64,000 nt of DNA, taken from contig MU053823.1 of assembly GCA_013239625.1 (NCBI GenBank), forward strand, positions 209,698 to 273,697. The letters run 5' to 3'. Of the stretch, positions 1 through 14,990 are shown in pieces; the stretch's first letter is position 1; every line of letters begins with the position of its first letter. The translations under genes were made by a program, and so were the position numbers. The DNA comes from Lama guanicoe (Eukaryota). The notes under the pieces are model-generated. The model was not told the origin of the DNA. It made no database searches and saw only the letters and a program-made list of their open reading frames with translations.

Positions 1-2265
1 AGGAAAGGCTAAAAGAGTTCAGCACCACTGAACCAGCTTTACAAGAAATGTTAAAGGGACTTCTCTCAGCGGAAAAGAAAAGGCCACAATTAGAAATGCG
101 AAAATTATCAAAGTAAAAATTTCACTGTTAAAGGCAAACATACAGTAAAGGTAGTAGATCAACCACTTATAAAGCTAGTAGGAAGTTTAAAAAACAGAAG
201 TAGTAAAATCATCTATATCCACAATAAGTAGTTTTAAAATACACAAACAAGAAAATGTAACATACGAATGTCAAAAGCATCCAATATGGAAGGGGAGGAA
301 AAATTGGTAATTATGTGATGTCATAATGGTGTTAGCTAATGCTATGGCCATAATCATTCTGCAATATGTAAGTGTATCAAATCAACATATTGTGCGTCTT
401 AAACATATAATGTTGTATGTCAATTATATCTCAACAAAGCTGGAGGAAAAACAAATGAGAGACAATCTACAAAATAACTGACCTATAACCTTTTAAAAGC
501 AATTTCACGAAAGACAAAGTGTGAAGAACTGTTTTAAATTGAAGATGAGTGAAAAACCACAATGAAGAAATACAATGTGTGATTTTGGATTAGGCTCTGG
601 TCTGGGCTGGAGGGAGGCAGGAGAATGACTGAGATTGCCATTAGGTTACTGGAACAGGCCCGCTGATGAAATCTGAGTATGTAATGTATAGTAAATAACA
701 GTGTTGCATCAATGTTAACTTTTCTGAGTTTGTTTTTTTTTTTAATATAGCTGTCTGTTCTTGTTCTTAGGAAATACACACTGAAGCACTTAGGGTTAAA
801 GGGGCCTGATCTTTACAACTAACTCTCAAATTGTTCAGGAAAAGCAAATGTACCAAAATGTTAATAATTGATGAATCTAGGTGAAGTGCACTCAAAAGAC
901 TTTGCACTATTTTGTAACTCTTCTGTACATTTGAAATTATTAAACAATGTCTTAATACCCAAAAAATCAATCAGTGTAATCTGCCACATGAATAGGATGA
1001 AGGGGGAAAATGTGATCATCTCAATAGTTGCAGAAGAAGCATTTAACAAAATCCAACACCCTTTTATGATAAAACACTCATGAACTAGGAAGAGAAGGAA
1101 GTTTCCACAACATAATGAAGGATACATATGGAAAACCCACAGCTAACACTATACTCAATGGTGAAAGAATGAAAGCTTTCCCCTGCAGATCAGGAAAAGA
1201 GAAGAATGCACACTTTTGCCACTTCTGGCTACAACTTCTACAACCGAACACTCAGACAAGGAAAAGAAATAAAAGGCATCCCCCTTGGAAAAGAAGAAGT
1301 AAAACTTCCTCAATTTGTAGATGGCACAATATATAGAAAACCTTAAGAATCCACACCAAAAAAATTAAAAGGCTAGCTCTGATAAACAAACTCAGCAAGT
1401 CACATGAAACAAAAATAAACACACAAAATCAGTTGTATTTCTATATACTAGCAACAAACAATCTAAGTAGGAAATTGAGAAAATAATGTTATTTACAATG
1501 GCATCAAAAAGGATAAATACTTAGGATTAAGTTTCACCAAGAAGGTGGCAAGACTTGAACACTGAAAACTACAAATGTTACTGGAAGAAATTAAGTAAAC
1601 AGAAAGATATTCCATGTTCATGGATTGGAAACTTACTGCTATTAAGATGATAAAGCAATTTATACAGAGATTCATTGATACCTCTATCAAAATTTCAACA
1701 GTGTTTTGTGAAGAAATAATGTGAAAACTCATCCTAAAATGCATATGCAATTTCTAGGGACCCTGAAGCCAAACCAATCTTGAAAAAGAAGAACAAATGT
1801 AAAGGACTCACACTTTCTGATTCAAAACTTAACTACAAAGCTACAGTATACAAAACAACATAGTCCTGTCATAAAGATAGATGTACAGACCAATGGCATA
1901 GAATTGAAAACACAGAAATAAACCCTCACATCTATTGTCAATTGATTTTTGACAAGGATGCCAGGATCATTTAATGTAGAAAGAACAATCTCTTCAATAA
2001 ATAGTGTTGAAAAAAACTGGATATTCACATGCAAAGGAATTAAGTTAGACCCTGACGTTATGCCATATACAAAAATTAATTTTAAATAGATCAAAGACCT
2101 AAATTTAAGAGTTAAAATTGTAAAACTATTAGAAGTAAACTTAGGGGCAAATTCATTACCTTGGATTTTGCAATGGCTTCTTAAATAATGATACCAAAAA
2201 CACAGGCAACAAAAGAAAAAATAAGTTAATTGGACTTCATTAGAATCAGAAACTTGTCCATCAAA
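1..2265 (+). mobile_element. Cluster of old L1 fragments (ORF1 end, 3' ends, ORF2 RT/C-terminal part)
   Basis: Degenerate ORF2 peptides such as [33 protein letters not shown] and YGKPTANTILNGERMKAFP; A-rich; many stops. Confidence 0.88.
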
Positions 2266-5234
2266 ATGAGTCAGTTTGCTTAATTTACCTTACAACTCAG
2301 GAAAAAACAGTTTAAAAAGACAGTAAAGCCTGGATTTGGATCCCAGTTTTTTTTAATCCCTCTGTAATGACTCTAAGCTTGTGGACTGTCTGAAAAGTTG
2401 TCCTTCACGTATCCCTTTAAAAATGCAGGGTGGCATGGACATTAGAATTCCCACAGTCAGAAATTTAGCAGAGGAATAAATGGGCCATTATTTTCACTGG
2501 ACCATGAGCTTGAGTCCTTTTTGATGTAATATTAAAGAAATAAGATTTTAATTTTCCGATGCTGACATTTTACCAAAGTATTTTATTTTTCAGGTCATTT
2601 TTAGAAATAAATTACCTAAAATATCAAATGCAGCTGAAAAATACACGAATTATAACTTTATGGATAATAATAGTCTAAAAAATGCTTATTATGTTTTTCA
2701 CTTTGTGTATTCTTTGTGTATTTAGTTTCTAATTAAAAACTAGTAAAAAGGGTTAAAGTCGTAACAGTTGGGCTCACATTTGAAGAAGAAAAAACTGGTC
2801 ACATCTAGTAATTTGGGCTCTCTGCCCTTGAAGGTAGTTAATATTTAACCTGATGAAATGAGCCTCAGCAGTTCTGAGACTCAGGCAAAGGACAGCTAAA
2901 TGTACTCTTGTGTAACTTATTTGGACTGAGCTCAAATACAAGATGGAACTCGACGGACACAAAGGGAAGACAGGAGAGTTCATTCAGCCAGATGGTACTT
3001 ACTACGGGAAATTAACATTTTATGAAACTGGTTCATGGTACCTAACCTCATAATCCCTATTCTGTCTCCTATCTCAAATACTCTTGCTTTCTGCTTCATG
3101 TCAACTAGTCGTGCATTCATTCAACAATTATTTATTGAGTAACTACACTTTGCCTGATTAGGAAATAAAACAGACAAAACTCCCCACCTCCAGAGAGCTT
3201 ATGTTCCAAAGGGAAGAGAAAGACAGAAAGCAGCATCAGCAAGGCAGCTGAAATGCTTCCCAGATATGAGAACCGAAGCCGGCGAGGAAGGGAGGGGGAC
3301 AGGTGGGAAGTGGTTACAGCTCTAACTAGGAACCCGGGAAAGAGCTCCATGAGAAGCTGACTGTCACATGGAAACTTGTAAAAGGTGAAAAAACCCTGTA
3401 CATTTTCCTGTCTCTGGTTCGCCCTCTTCCTTGTTCATGAGCTCCTTTCCTTCTTTCCTTTCACCTTTTCTCTCTTCCTCTTAACTAGAGAAACTATGTG
3501 ATGAAATAAGCAATCCAAAGCTGCAGAATCCGTATCACAGTTACAGTGGCTCTCTTCCCACACACAACTTTTACAAAGATAATCTAACAGCTGTATTGTC
3601 TAGAGATTGGTCAGTTCCTTCCCTGTGTTCACGTCAATAGCAGACCTCCAACTGTTCCCCTTTTCCCATCTTGGGAACAGATTACTAATATTATTATTGT
3701 TGTTGTTATCAGGGGTCGGGAAAAGGGAGATGTTCTAACACTTAATGTTGCTCGCCTTGTGTGATAAGCATGTTACACGGCTTTCCTCCTGCACCCTCAC
3801 AGTAACCCTATGAGTGGATACCATTACTATCCACATTTTAAGGTTGAGAAAGTGAGGCTAAGAGATGGTAAGTAATCCAGAGAAGCCAGGATTTGAACTC
3901 TGGCCATCTAGCTCCAGACGTTTCCAATCATCACGCTAGTCCTGCACTTTTCAACGTGCTTCCTAAGGCTTCTTCTCGTGAAATACAACCTTAAGAGTGA
4001 AGCAGGGAAAATCCTGTTGTCCCGACATTAGCGCTCAGAAGGCAGCAGCTCAGGGGAGAATCAAAGATGACTGCATCAGAAGCACGTGATAGAGATGGTG
4101 CTGCGCGGTGGTGGGGGGAGCTTGGGCCCTGGACCCAAGACATCTGAGTTCTGATCTTAGCTCTGCTACCTCATAGCTGTGAAACCTGCCACAGGTTACT
4201 TAACCTCTGGGAACTCCATCTGTAAAATGGGGGCAATAATAGTACCCACTTTGTGATGTTGTTGGAAGGGTTAAATTAGGGAACACAAGCCTAACATACC
4301 ATAAAAGCTCAGTAAATGTTAGCTGCGACGTGAAAAACCAGGACGAGAACTCCATTTGGACTTGTAGTTCAGTGTGGTACTCAGAGCACCATATTTTCCA
4401 GCCTTGAGGAGGAGAAGGCTCTGACTTGATAAAGCAATATTTCAGGAAAGGAAAGTTTTTGGTCTCTTACCAAAATAAAAACAATAAATAATAACAATAA
4501 ATAAAACACTAGAAGAATTAAAAATCAATAGAACTAATCACTAAAGGATTCATTTTCTATATGTAAATTATGTTTCATTAAACCTGACCAAAAAGGAATA
4601 TAACAAATTGTATAACTGCTTATTTTTTAATGATCTTTATTTTTACACCTCATAAATTTTCATGCCTTGCTTTTCCTTTAACTTTCATGATACCAAGTTG
4701 TCCTGATTTTTCTCCCACTGCTCTGGCTACTTCTTCTGGGTCTCCTTAAATGTACTTGTTTCTCAGAAACCCCTTCTAGACCTCATCTTGTTCTGTGTAC
4801 CCTAGGTGGGGGTTTTCTTCTATTCCCATTGCAAACATCTTCCAAATATGGTGAAAATTCCAAAAAGGGTGTCTCCAGCCATGAAATCTTTCCTGTTCTT
4901 TTGCCTCTCATATCCAACTCAACAGTAGGCATCCACATGGATATCATGTCTAAGCCACACTCATACTCATACACACACACATGCACACATATGCACACAC
5001 AATTTCCTTGCTGTGCCTCCTATCAGCAAAAAGCATCATCATTCACCCTACTAATCAAAACAGAGACCCTGAACTCAACCTTAACTTCTCTTCCCCCTTT
5101 CCATCCTAAACATCTACCAGGCAGCACTGATTCTTTTCTCATAAGTATCTCATGAATTTTTCATCATCTCTCTGTTCCCACCACTTCCATCTTAGTTGCG
5201 GACACGATCACATTGTATCTAGATAACTGCACTA

Positions 5235-5350
5235 GCCTGGCATCAGTAAATGCAGATGTTGTGAATCATCCTATGATCACAGGACAGCCCGCCGCAATAA
5301 AAAACTTACTTGCTCCAAAATGGCAACAGTACTCAGGCTGAGAGACTCTG
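5235..5350 (+). mobile_element. MER20-like hAT fragment
   Basis: catcctatgatcacaggacagccc...aaaatggcaacagtactcaggctgagagactctg resembles the recalled MER20 3' half. Confidence 0.6.
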
Positions 5351-5861
5351 TTCTAAGTTAAAGGAAGCAACGACCCCTTTCAGGGAATTCTTGCCAAATT
5401 CTACACACTGTTTGGAAGCCTTGGGGTGGGGCTTGCTGTGTGCACAGAGCACTCTCAGAAATAAATTCCTGTGGATTTGGGAGTTTCTGAGACCAGGCAG
5501 AGTGCAAGGAAAAGGATATCATATTCTCTGATCTCCTGTACTTTCTCTGACACTATGGGGAGCAGCAGATCTGCTCCACCATGTCTTGTTCTAATTATCG
5601 TTGCCATCCTGCCTGCAGCTGCCTTGGTCCATGGAAAACCCGGAGTACAACCCTGGGCCCTATTTCATATCGTCCTTTCATTTTTCAGTTTCTCTCTTAG
5701 ATTTTTTCCATTGCCATTTTCCTCCAAAACTCCACTTATATTATTGAACAGCCCTCTCAACTTTAATATTGTATAATTCTATATAGTTATTATTTTCACT
5801 TTAAAGTAATCTTAGGTGTGATGTGATTTAGGAAAACTATCTTTCTTTTAGCCTGTCACTG

Positions 5862-7112
5862 GGACCTAAAATTCCAATAACATTAAAGACAAAACTATAA
5901 ACCTCATGAAAGAAAATATAGGCAAAATATTTTCTGACATAAATCTTAGCAATGTTCTCCTAGGGCAGTCTATCCAGGCAATAGATAAAAGCAAAAATAA
6001 ACAAAATGGGACCTCATTAAACTTAGAAGCTTTTGCACAGCAAAGGAAACCATAAGCAAAACAAAAAGACAACTTACAGAATGGGAGAAAATATTTACAA
6101 GAAAAGGGCTTAATTTCCAAAATATTTAAACAGCTCATACAATTTAATACCAACAACAACAACAACAAAAACCCCAAACAACCCAATCAAAAATGGGCAG
6201 AAGACCTAAACAAGAGATTCTCCAATGAAGATATACAAGTGGCACATGAAAAATGCTCAATATCACTAATTATCAGGGAAATGCAGATCAAAACTACAAT
6301 GAGGTATCACCTCACACTTCATTACAAAGTCCACAAATGATAAATGCTGAAGAGGGTATGGAGAAAAGGAAACCCTCCGACACTGTTAGTGGGAATATAG
6401 TTTGGTGCAGCCATTATGGAAAACAGTATGGAGATTCCTCAAAAAACTAAAAATAAACTTTTCATATGATTCAGCAATCCCACTCCTGGGCATATATCCA
6501 CAGGGAACTCTAATTCAAAAAAATACATGCACTCCAATGTTCATAGCAGCACTATATACAATATCCAAGACATGGAAACAACCTAAATGTCCATTGACAG
6601 ATGACTGGATAAAGAAGTTGTGGTATATTTATACAATGGAATACTACTCAGCCACAAAAAAGAATAAAATAGTGCCATTTTCAGCAACATGGATAGGCCT
6701 GGCAATGGTCATTCTAAGTGAACTAAGCCAGAAAGAGAAAGAAAAATCCCATATGATATCACTCATATGTGGAATCTAAAAAAAAAAAGAGGACACTAAT
6801 GAACTCATCTATAAAATAGAAATAGACTCACAGACACGGTAAACAATCTATGGTTACCAGGGGCAAGAGGTTGGGAAGGGATAAATTGGGGAGTTTGAGA
6901 TTTGCAAATGATAACCATTATATATAAAAATAGATTAAAAAATACAGATTTCTTCTGTACAGCACAGAGAACTACATTCAATATCTTATAATTTAATGAA
7001 AAAATATGAAAATGAATATATGTGTGTATATATATATGCATGACTGGGACATTATGCTTACACCAGAAGTTGACACAATGTAACTGACTACACTTCAATA
7101 AAAAACAAAAAA
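5862..7112 (+). mobile_element. 5'-truncated, relatively young lineage L1 (ORF2 C-terminus, 3'UTR, A tail)
   Basis: ORF 6402-6779 [48 protein letters not shown]; ends cttcaataaaaaacaaaaaa. Confidence 0.95.
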
Positions 7113-8501
7113 GAGAGAGAGTCTAATGTCATTGGAGAAGTGAAAAGTATGAGAGCAAGGTTTCCAAAGTGATAAAAAGATGTAGAAGCATAAAAAGAGG
7201 TATAAGGGTTAACTTAATTTTTTTAAAGCCAATACTGAGTATTTACCATCTGCAAGGCACTGTTATAAACATTTTGCTTGTGTTAAGGAACTCCATCCTC
7301 ACAATTACTCTATGAGGCACCTACTATGATTAATGCCATTTTAACTATGAGGAAATAGAGCAATTAGAAAGTTGAGAAAGAGGTTTAGAAAGTTTCCAAA
7401 ACTCCAAGTGACGGAGAAGACAAGCTCTGAAGCTGGGCTTTCTAGTGACGGAGTCCATGCCCTTAACTACTTCCGTCTATCACTTAGCTGCGGATGGAGA
7501 AGGTCATTTCCTTTTTTGAGATTTCAGGTAACTGTGGGAGGCTGAATGCAGAAAGAGAGATGTGTGCAAAGGAAGGGAAATGTATTTAGAGGCAGAGGAA
7601 GCAGAAAAAGCACAAGTTAGGATTTCTGGGAGACCCTCAGGTGAGTTCACATTATGAGACCCGCTGGCATCACCATGTCGCAATTGTCCTCTTTTGTGTG
7701 AAGCACGTGGGGTTGGTAGAATGTGGCCACTGTGGCTGAAGATTTGAATGTGTCTTTCCCAAAAGTTAAATGACACTGAGGGAGGGGAAGTGGTAACGCC
7801 AACACATTTCTTGCATAGAGCCACTTTATTCAAAGATTATGTTGGTGTATTTTCTTTCTTTCTAGAGCGTAGAAAGAAAAAAAAAAAGAGCCCTTCAGGA
7901 TTCTGAAAGAACTAGTAGACTTCCGAGTGGATAATATCATGGGATCCAAGATTCCTTCTCTGAATGATCACAATAAAAGTGTCAGAGAACCTCCACCCTC
8001 TGACTGGCTCTGACCATGCCCCCAGGCACTCTTGTACAGGGCACTCTTATCTCTGTTTCGTGCCCTAATCACAAGAGAGCTACATCAGCTTGGAGCCCAG
8101 ATTTGTGGGGCTTCCCCTCAAAATGGACACAATGGAGAATTCCAACTTCATGCAATGAGCTAGAAGCAAAGCATTGCAAGTAAATAGCCCAAAACCAATA
8201 GCATTCTATTTGGTACGGAAGAAAGGAGCAGGGAAAATTCTATTGACTGGTCTCTGATTCTTGATGCTCTTATACTTTTGTCTAGTGTCAAAAAAAAAAA
8301 AGGCCTAGGGCAGAAAGAAGCAGCTTTCAATTTTATTCTGTGTTAAGAGAGTTAGTTAGTATAGGAACCATACCACAATAAAGGGTTTAAAAATTTTTTT
8401 AACAAAAAAGAGACCAGGCGAATGTTGAAAAGGCAGTGTTAATAGGAGTGATTAAAAGTGAGGTTAGAGACTCAGATCAGTTAGAGATCATTTAAGACTG
8501 A

Positions 8502-8585
8502 GTCAATCCCCAGTCCCTCCTCTAAAAATAAATAAACTTAATTACCCCCCAAAAGAGAAAAAAAAATATATATATATATATTTAA
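8502..8585 (+). mobile_element. 5'-truncated vic-1-like SINE
   Basis: tcaatccccagtccctcctctaaaaataaataaacttaattacccccc matches the 3' half of the SINEs at 21701 and 33349. Confidence 0.6.
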
Positions 8586-9516
8586 AAGATTGATTTATCA
8601 AGGGTATTCAAAGAAGTCTGTTTTATCCTGTAAGTAATAGGAAGGCAATGGGATATTTTAAAAACAGGATAGTAGCAAGATCAGATTTGATTTAGGATGG
8701 TAACAAGTGGCAGAAAGGGTCTAGAGTGGCAGAGACGGGTGGCAAGGAGATGATGACAGTAGTTCTTATTTCTCATGAAAAATTGCCTGAGAAATGGGCT
8801 GTGAATATATTCTATTTCTTAAAACTGATTCCTTAATTTTTATCATTTTATTTTAGGGAAAGCCAAAATGTTTTGCACCAATATGACAAGTTCTAGACCA
8901 AAATGAAAGTCTACAAAGAAATTTTAATACATGGGCCTACTGCAGATAGGTTCAGCTTCCTGTTGGGTTTTTTTTCCAGAGCCCATTAAAAGCCATAATT
9001 GACACTAAATAGCAAGTCAGGATCAACAATTAATGTGATTAATTTATGTATCTTAGTTTGAACGAGGACAAGGAATGGGAGACTATACCAAAATAAGGTT
9101 AGACACAGACTAACAGGATTTCAAATGACAAATACTGATACATAAAAGAAACATGTATCATACACCAGACCCGTGCCTCAGATCTTGAGCGTTATGGTGA
9201 AAGACCTTCTTGGATATATTGCCATTTTTTTTTCCTTTTAACATGCTTTCCCTACACTTGTCCTTCCCTACACCTGATGGCTTAATAGAAGCTCCAAAAT
9301 GCCCTCTTTTCATATACAGTAATGAAAGATAGCCACAGGGTGGCAGCAAAGACATAAAATTATGAGTACTGTTGCTTTACTAACTAAAAAACCTTCTTAA
9401 AAATCACAAAGTTAGGCAAACGGAAGAGAGCTGAAGAGGAATAAAATAATCACGGAAATGTATAATAAGGAGACAAGAAAATAAGGTATCTAGCACAAAT
9501 TGCATTCTGGGAACAG

Positions 9517-9523
9517 TGTGTGT

Positions 9524-9562
<39 letters not shown>
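9517..9562. repeat. (TG)n microsatellite
   Basis: Direct observation. Confidence 0.95.
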
Positions 9563-10119
9563 TGTCTACTGGAGGGCAGGGGGAGGGGGTTGGTTTCCTT
9601 AGAATTAGTATATTCTACATGAAATATTACATTTGTTTTATGTAAATGAAATGTGACTCTAAATCCCAGTCCCACTGGACTACAGGAAATTTATCTCAGA
9701 TATTCTAGGGTTGGTGATCCCAGTTGGTGATCTAACCCAGGGTCAGGGCATTGCATCCCACACCACAGCAGTCACCTGTCTGCAGTTCACATGACTGTTT
9801 TAGATCCCCACTCTGTGGCCTCCTTGTCATTCATATAGATAGAAATCTTTGACAAAGGACAAGTGGCTGGGCCTGGGCCCCAGCCTCCCAGGTGTTCCAT
9901 GCAGACCTTCCCTCTAATTCCCGCAAGGCATCTACTGACCTCGCTGCCCAGCCTGAAAGAATTGCTTTTGTCTAGGGGGATGTTTTAATCATTTAGTCAT
10001 TTTAGTTAGAAACCTTAGTCTCTTAATTGGCTTTCTTCCTTCTCAAGTTCTATTTTTCCCCAAATGTTTATTCTCCTAAAACTGAAAGCCAGGAAACCCT
10101 GCCCCAAACTTCCCTTGAG

Positions 10120-13100
10120 TTTCAATTCTTTCAGATTTTCTACATAGACAATCTATAATCTGTGAACAAAGATAGTTTTCTCTCTTCCTTACTAATGTGT
10201 ATACCTTTTATTTCCTTTTCCTGTCTTATTGCATTAGCAAGGACTCTTGGTACAATGTTGAATAGGAATGGTTAGAGGGGATATTCCTGTCTTGTTCCAA
10301 ATTTTAGAGGAAAGCTTCTAATTTCTCAGCATTAGTATAATGTTAGCTGTAGGGTTTTTGTAAATGTTCTTCAACAAGCTGAGGAAGATCCACTGTATTC
10401 CTAGTTTTATGAGAATTTTTATCATAAATGGGGGTTGGATTTTATTAAATGCTTTTTCTGCATGTATCGTTATGATCATATGATTTTTCTTTTTTAGCCT
10501 GTTAATGTGATAGATTATGTTAAACAATGTTCAAATGTTGAACTAGCCTTGTATACCCAGAATAAATTTCACTTTTCATGGTACAGAATTATTTCTACAC
10601 ATTGATGGCTATAATTTGCTAAGATTTTGTTGAGGACTTTTGCATTTTTGTTCATGAGAAAGTCTGTTGTTTTCCTTCCCTATAATGTCTTGCTCTGGTT
10701 TTGGTATTAAAAAGTCTTCCCTCTACTTCTGCTTTCTGGAAGAGATTGTAGAGAACTGGTATCATTTCTTCTTTAAATATTTGGTAGAATTCACCAGTGA
10801 AATCATTTGGGCCTGATGTTTTTTGTTTTGAAAGGTTATTAATTATAGACTCAATTTATTTAATAGATACAGACCTTTTAGTTTATCAATTTCCTCATAT
10901 GGAAGTTTTGGTAGCTTACATCTTTCAAAGAATTGGTCCATTTCATCCAAGTTATCACATGTATGGGCATGAAGGTACTTATAATATTCCTTTACTATCC
11001 TTCTAGTTTCCATGTCATCAGTTGTTACATTGCCTCTTTCATTTCTGATATTTTCAAATTTCCTAAGATGGAAGCTTAGATTACTGATTTTATATGTTTC
11101 TTCTTTTTTCATATGCATTCAGTGCTATAAATTTCCCTCTAAGCTACTGCTTTTGCTGCATCCCACAAATTTTGATAAGCTGTATTTTCATTTTCACATA
11201 GCTTGACATATTTTAAAATTTATCTTAAGATTTCTTCTTGGAACTGTGTGCTATTTAGAAGTTATTTAACCTCCAAATATTTGGGGATTTTAGAGCTTTC
11301 AGTTTTTGCCTTTTAGTTTAATTTCACTGTTATCTGAGACCATATTTTGTATGATTTCTATTCTTTTAAGTTTAAGATGTGGTTTATGAACAATGATGCT
11401 GCTTATCTTGATAGATGTTCCATGTGAGCTTGAGAAGAATGCATATCTTGCTGTTCTTGGATGAAATAGTCTATGAATGTCAATTAGCTGTTGTTTCTTG
11501 ATGGTGTATATTCTCACTGATTTTCTGCCTGCTGGATCTGTCGTGTCACTGGCAGATGGATGTTGACATCTCCAACTACATTAGTGGATTTGTCTGTTCT
11601 TCCTTGCAGTTCTGTCAGTTTTTCCGTCTACATATTCTGACTCTGTGTTGGGTACATACACATTCAGGATTTTGTTAAGTCTTCTGGGAGAATTGTCCCC
11701 TTTGTCATTATGTAATGTCCCTCTTCATCACTGACAGTTTTCCTTGCTCTGAAATGTACTTTTTCTGAACTTAATGTAGCTACTTAAGGCTTTTTTAAAA
11801 GTTAATATTAGCATGGCATATCTTTGTCCATCCTTGACTTTTCATCTACCTGTGTCTTCGGACTTACAAAGTGAGTTTGTTGTAGACAACGTATAGTTGG
11901 GTCTTCTTCTTTTTTTTTTTTCAATCCTCTGTAATAGTATCTGTCTTTTAATTGATGTATTTAGACCATTCACATTTAGGTTGATTTTTTCATACAGTTG
12001 GTTTAATCTCCACAATATTTTAACTCCTTTCTATTTATTGCCCTTCTTATTTACTTTTTTATCATTCACTCTTCTTTTTGCCCTCTCTGATTTTAATTGA
12101 GCATTTTTTACAATTCCATTTTCCCTCATCTTTTAGCATATTAATTATACTTTTTCAAAAAACTTTTTTGCCTAGAGTTTGCAATACATATTTATAAATA
12201 ATCCAAGTCCATTTTCAAATAACATGGCACTGTTTCACAAGTAGTGCAGGTACTTTAGAATATTTCCAATAACTCACTTCCTTCTGTTCTAACATTCCTG
12301 TCATACGTTTCACTTTATCCATAAGCTATAATCATTAATCATTTGATACATCATTGCTATTATTTTGATCAGTTATCTAAGTTAGTTAAACATAAGAAAA
12401 ATAAGACTTTATTTTACCTCTGTCTTTCTTTCTCAAATATTCTTCCTTTCTTTACTTTCTTAGATGCAAGTTTTTGACCGACATCATTTCTTTCTCCATG
12501 AAGAACTTCTTTTAACATGTCTCGCAAGGCAGGTCTACTGGCAACAGTTTCTCTCAATTTTTGTTTTTCTGAGAAGATTTTTAGTTTCCTTCACTTTTAA
12601 AGGATAATTTATCTCGATATAGAATTCTAAGTTGGCGAGTTTTTTCTGTCAATGCTTTAAATACTTTCACTCCACTCTTTTTGTTTGCATGGTTTCTGAG
12701 AAGGAGTCCAATGTAATTCTTGTCTTTCTTCTTTCATAGGCAAGGCTTTTCAGTTTCCTATGGCTTCTTTTAAGATTTTCTCTGTCTTTGATCTTCTGTG
12801 GGTTGAATATTATATGCCTCGATATAGATTTTTTGGTGTTTAGCCTGCTTGGTGGTCTATGAACTTTCTGGATCTGTGGTTTGGTGTCTGTCAGTAACTG
12901 GAAAAACTGTGGTCATCATTACTTCAGGTATTTCTTCTTTTCCTTTTGTCTCTTTCTTCTCCTCCTGGCATTTCCATTACATGTATGTTATACTTTTTGT
13001 AACTATCCCACAGTTCCCAGATATTATGTTCTATTTTTTCCAGTCTTTTTTTTTTTTGACCTTTAGTTTGGGAAACTTTCAATTCTTTTGACAAATGTTT

Positions 13101-13480
13101 TGAATACCCTGATACATGCCAATTTATTGACCTGTGTGATAATTTCTCTGGCTTATAGAGCTAGGATTGAAGTTGTTGGGTGAAGGAACATATACAAACT
13201 TAATTTCAATATTCAGCCAGAAAGTATTCCAGAATGGCTGCACCAATCTATACTCACTCCAGTAGTACATAAAGGATTCCCATTTCTACTGTTTTCTTGC
13301 CAATATTTATCTAACTTTCTAATTCTTGCACTTTTCAAAATAGAAGTCTTGTTTCTTGATTGTTTTAATTTCTACTTCTCTGATTACTGGAGAGGTGGAG
13401 CATCTCTTTATATTAGCCATTAGGATTGCTTCTTCTACAAAGTACTTATTCATGCAATTTGCATGAATTTTTTTGTATTT
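10120..13480 (-). mobile_element. Old L1 fragments (ORF2 EN/RT, ORF1)
   Basis: Minus-strand peptides [69 protein letters not shown]. Confidence 0.9.
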
Positions 13481-13499
13481 TTGTATTTTTTTGTATTTT

Positions 13500-13585
13500 T
13501 GTATTTCATCAATTTCATCAATTATGAAGTGCACATTTTTCACGTTAACATCCCTGAAATTGGGACACATCTTACAGTGGATAAT
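13500..13585 (+). mobile_element. Tc2/Kanga (MER104-like) DNA transposon 5' end
   Basis: gtatttcatc...gcacatttttcacgttaacatccctgaaattgggacacatcttaca resembles the recalled MER104/Kanga1 terminus. Confidence 0.65.
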
Positions 13586-13587
13586 AC

Positions 13588-14606
13588 CTCTTTCATTTAT
13601 CTACTGCTGCATAACAAACCACCCCAAAATCCAATAAGTTAAAACAACAATTTTATTATATTTCACAGTTTCATGGATTGACTGGGCTTATCCAGGTGAT
13701 TCTTATAATAGTCTTGCTAGGGGACTCTTATGAAATTGCAGGCTGATAGCAGCTGGGACTGGGATCATCTGAAGGCTCTACTGGAATTCTTCAACAGCTT
13801 GGCCTCTCTCCCTCTCCATTTAGCCTCTGGGCTCTTCCTTGTGGCTTCTCCAACAGGATACCTGGACTTGTTACATGGCATTTCAGAATCCCCAAGAATA
13901 AGAGTTCCAACAAACAAAGGCAGAAGCTGAAATGTTACTTATGAACTAGTTCCAAAAGTCACATAGAATCATTTTTACCACATTTGACTGATAAAGAGCA
14001 TCACCAGGTCAGCTTGTATTCAAGAGAAAGTGAAGCAGACTCCATCTCTTGAGGGAAGAGAAGCAAGATCACGTTATAAAAGAGAATATAGTTGGAGGTA
14101 TTGTTGTAGCCATCTTTGGAAACACAATTTGCTAAATCTGCCATTTGACTACAAAATCACATCTCTTCCTCATATACAAAATACACTTAGCCTCTTCCTG
14201 AGAAGTCTCCTCTTATTATGGATGGTCTAGGATCTCACAATCTAAATCAGGTGTGAATGGGGTTTTGAGGTGAAGTTATTAGGTACCACTCCTCAGTGAT
14301 AGCCCCTAAAGAAATCTGAATTTACAAGACAAGATATCTGCCCTACACACTCAGTAAGTGATGGCGAGACAAAGAAAGGATAAGTGCAACAAATATTCAA
14401 ACCAGAATCAAGAGTAAGGAAAAGAGACCCTACTTCTTGATGGGGAAGTGGCAGGGACACAGTGTAAAAGAGCATGTGGCTCATCAAGTTGTACACTTCA
14501 AATAGCTACAGTAAATCAGTTATACCTCAACAAAGGCATTCATTCATTTCCAAGGAGTATGTTTGATGGGAGACACAAGGCCATCTTTGGAAGACAGTCT
14601 GCCACA
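13588..14606 (-). mobile_element. ERVL-MaLR (MLT1-type) LTR with internal remnant
   Basis: ctactgctgcataacaaaccaccccaaaa..aaaacaacaa start; gccatctttggaa end motifs at ~14109 and ~14580. Confidence 0.7.
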
Positions 14607-14629
14607 GTATTTTACACACTTGCTATCAA

Positions 14630-14990
14630 GTGGGCAATGCCATGATCTAGTCATCATTCCTCCTTCATGGATGAACTTGGTTGTTTTCCCATTGACCTTC
14701 CCACTGAACAACTTTAATCTCTCAATGTTTCAGTCAATGAGTCATTTGAAAAAGGAACTGGAATTCTGAAACCCTGAAAAAGGAACTGGAAAACTGAAAC
14801 CCTCTTTTGACAACTTCTGGTAAGATCAAAGAAGTGTTAGCATGAAGACCTACAGAATGGTTGTCAGCTTGGCAAACAATCTCAGAGACAATAGTGAGGA
14901 ACTCTTTTAGAAAATGCTGCATCACTAGCAGCCAGATGATGACACAGAACACAGTACTGTATATAAGAACGTGGAGTATGAAAGTGATTC
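14630..14990 (+). mobile_element. Tc2/pogo-type DDE transposase fossil (Kanga-like)
   Basis: Degenerate peptides DLVIIPP, QL*SLNVSVNESF, TTSGKIK, AWQTISETIVRNSFRKCCIT. Confidence 0.75.

Noticed and set aside
6402..6779. 125-aa intact ORF as a host gene
   Set aside because: It is the L1 ORF2 C-terminus of a 5'-truncated copy.
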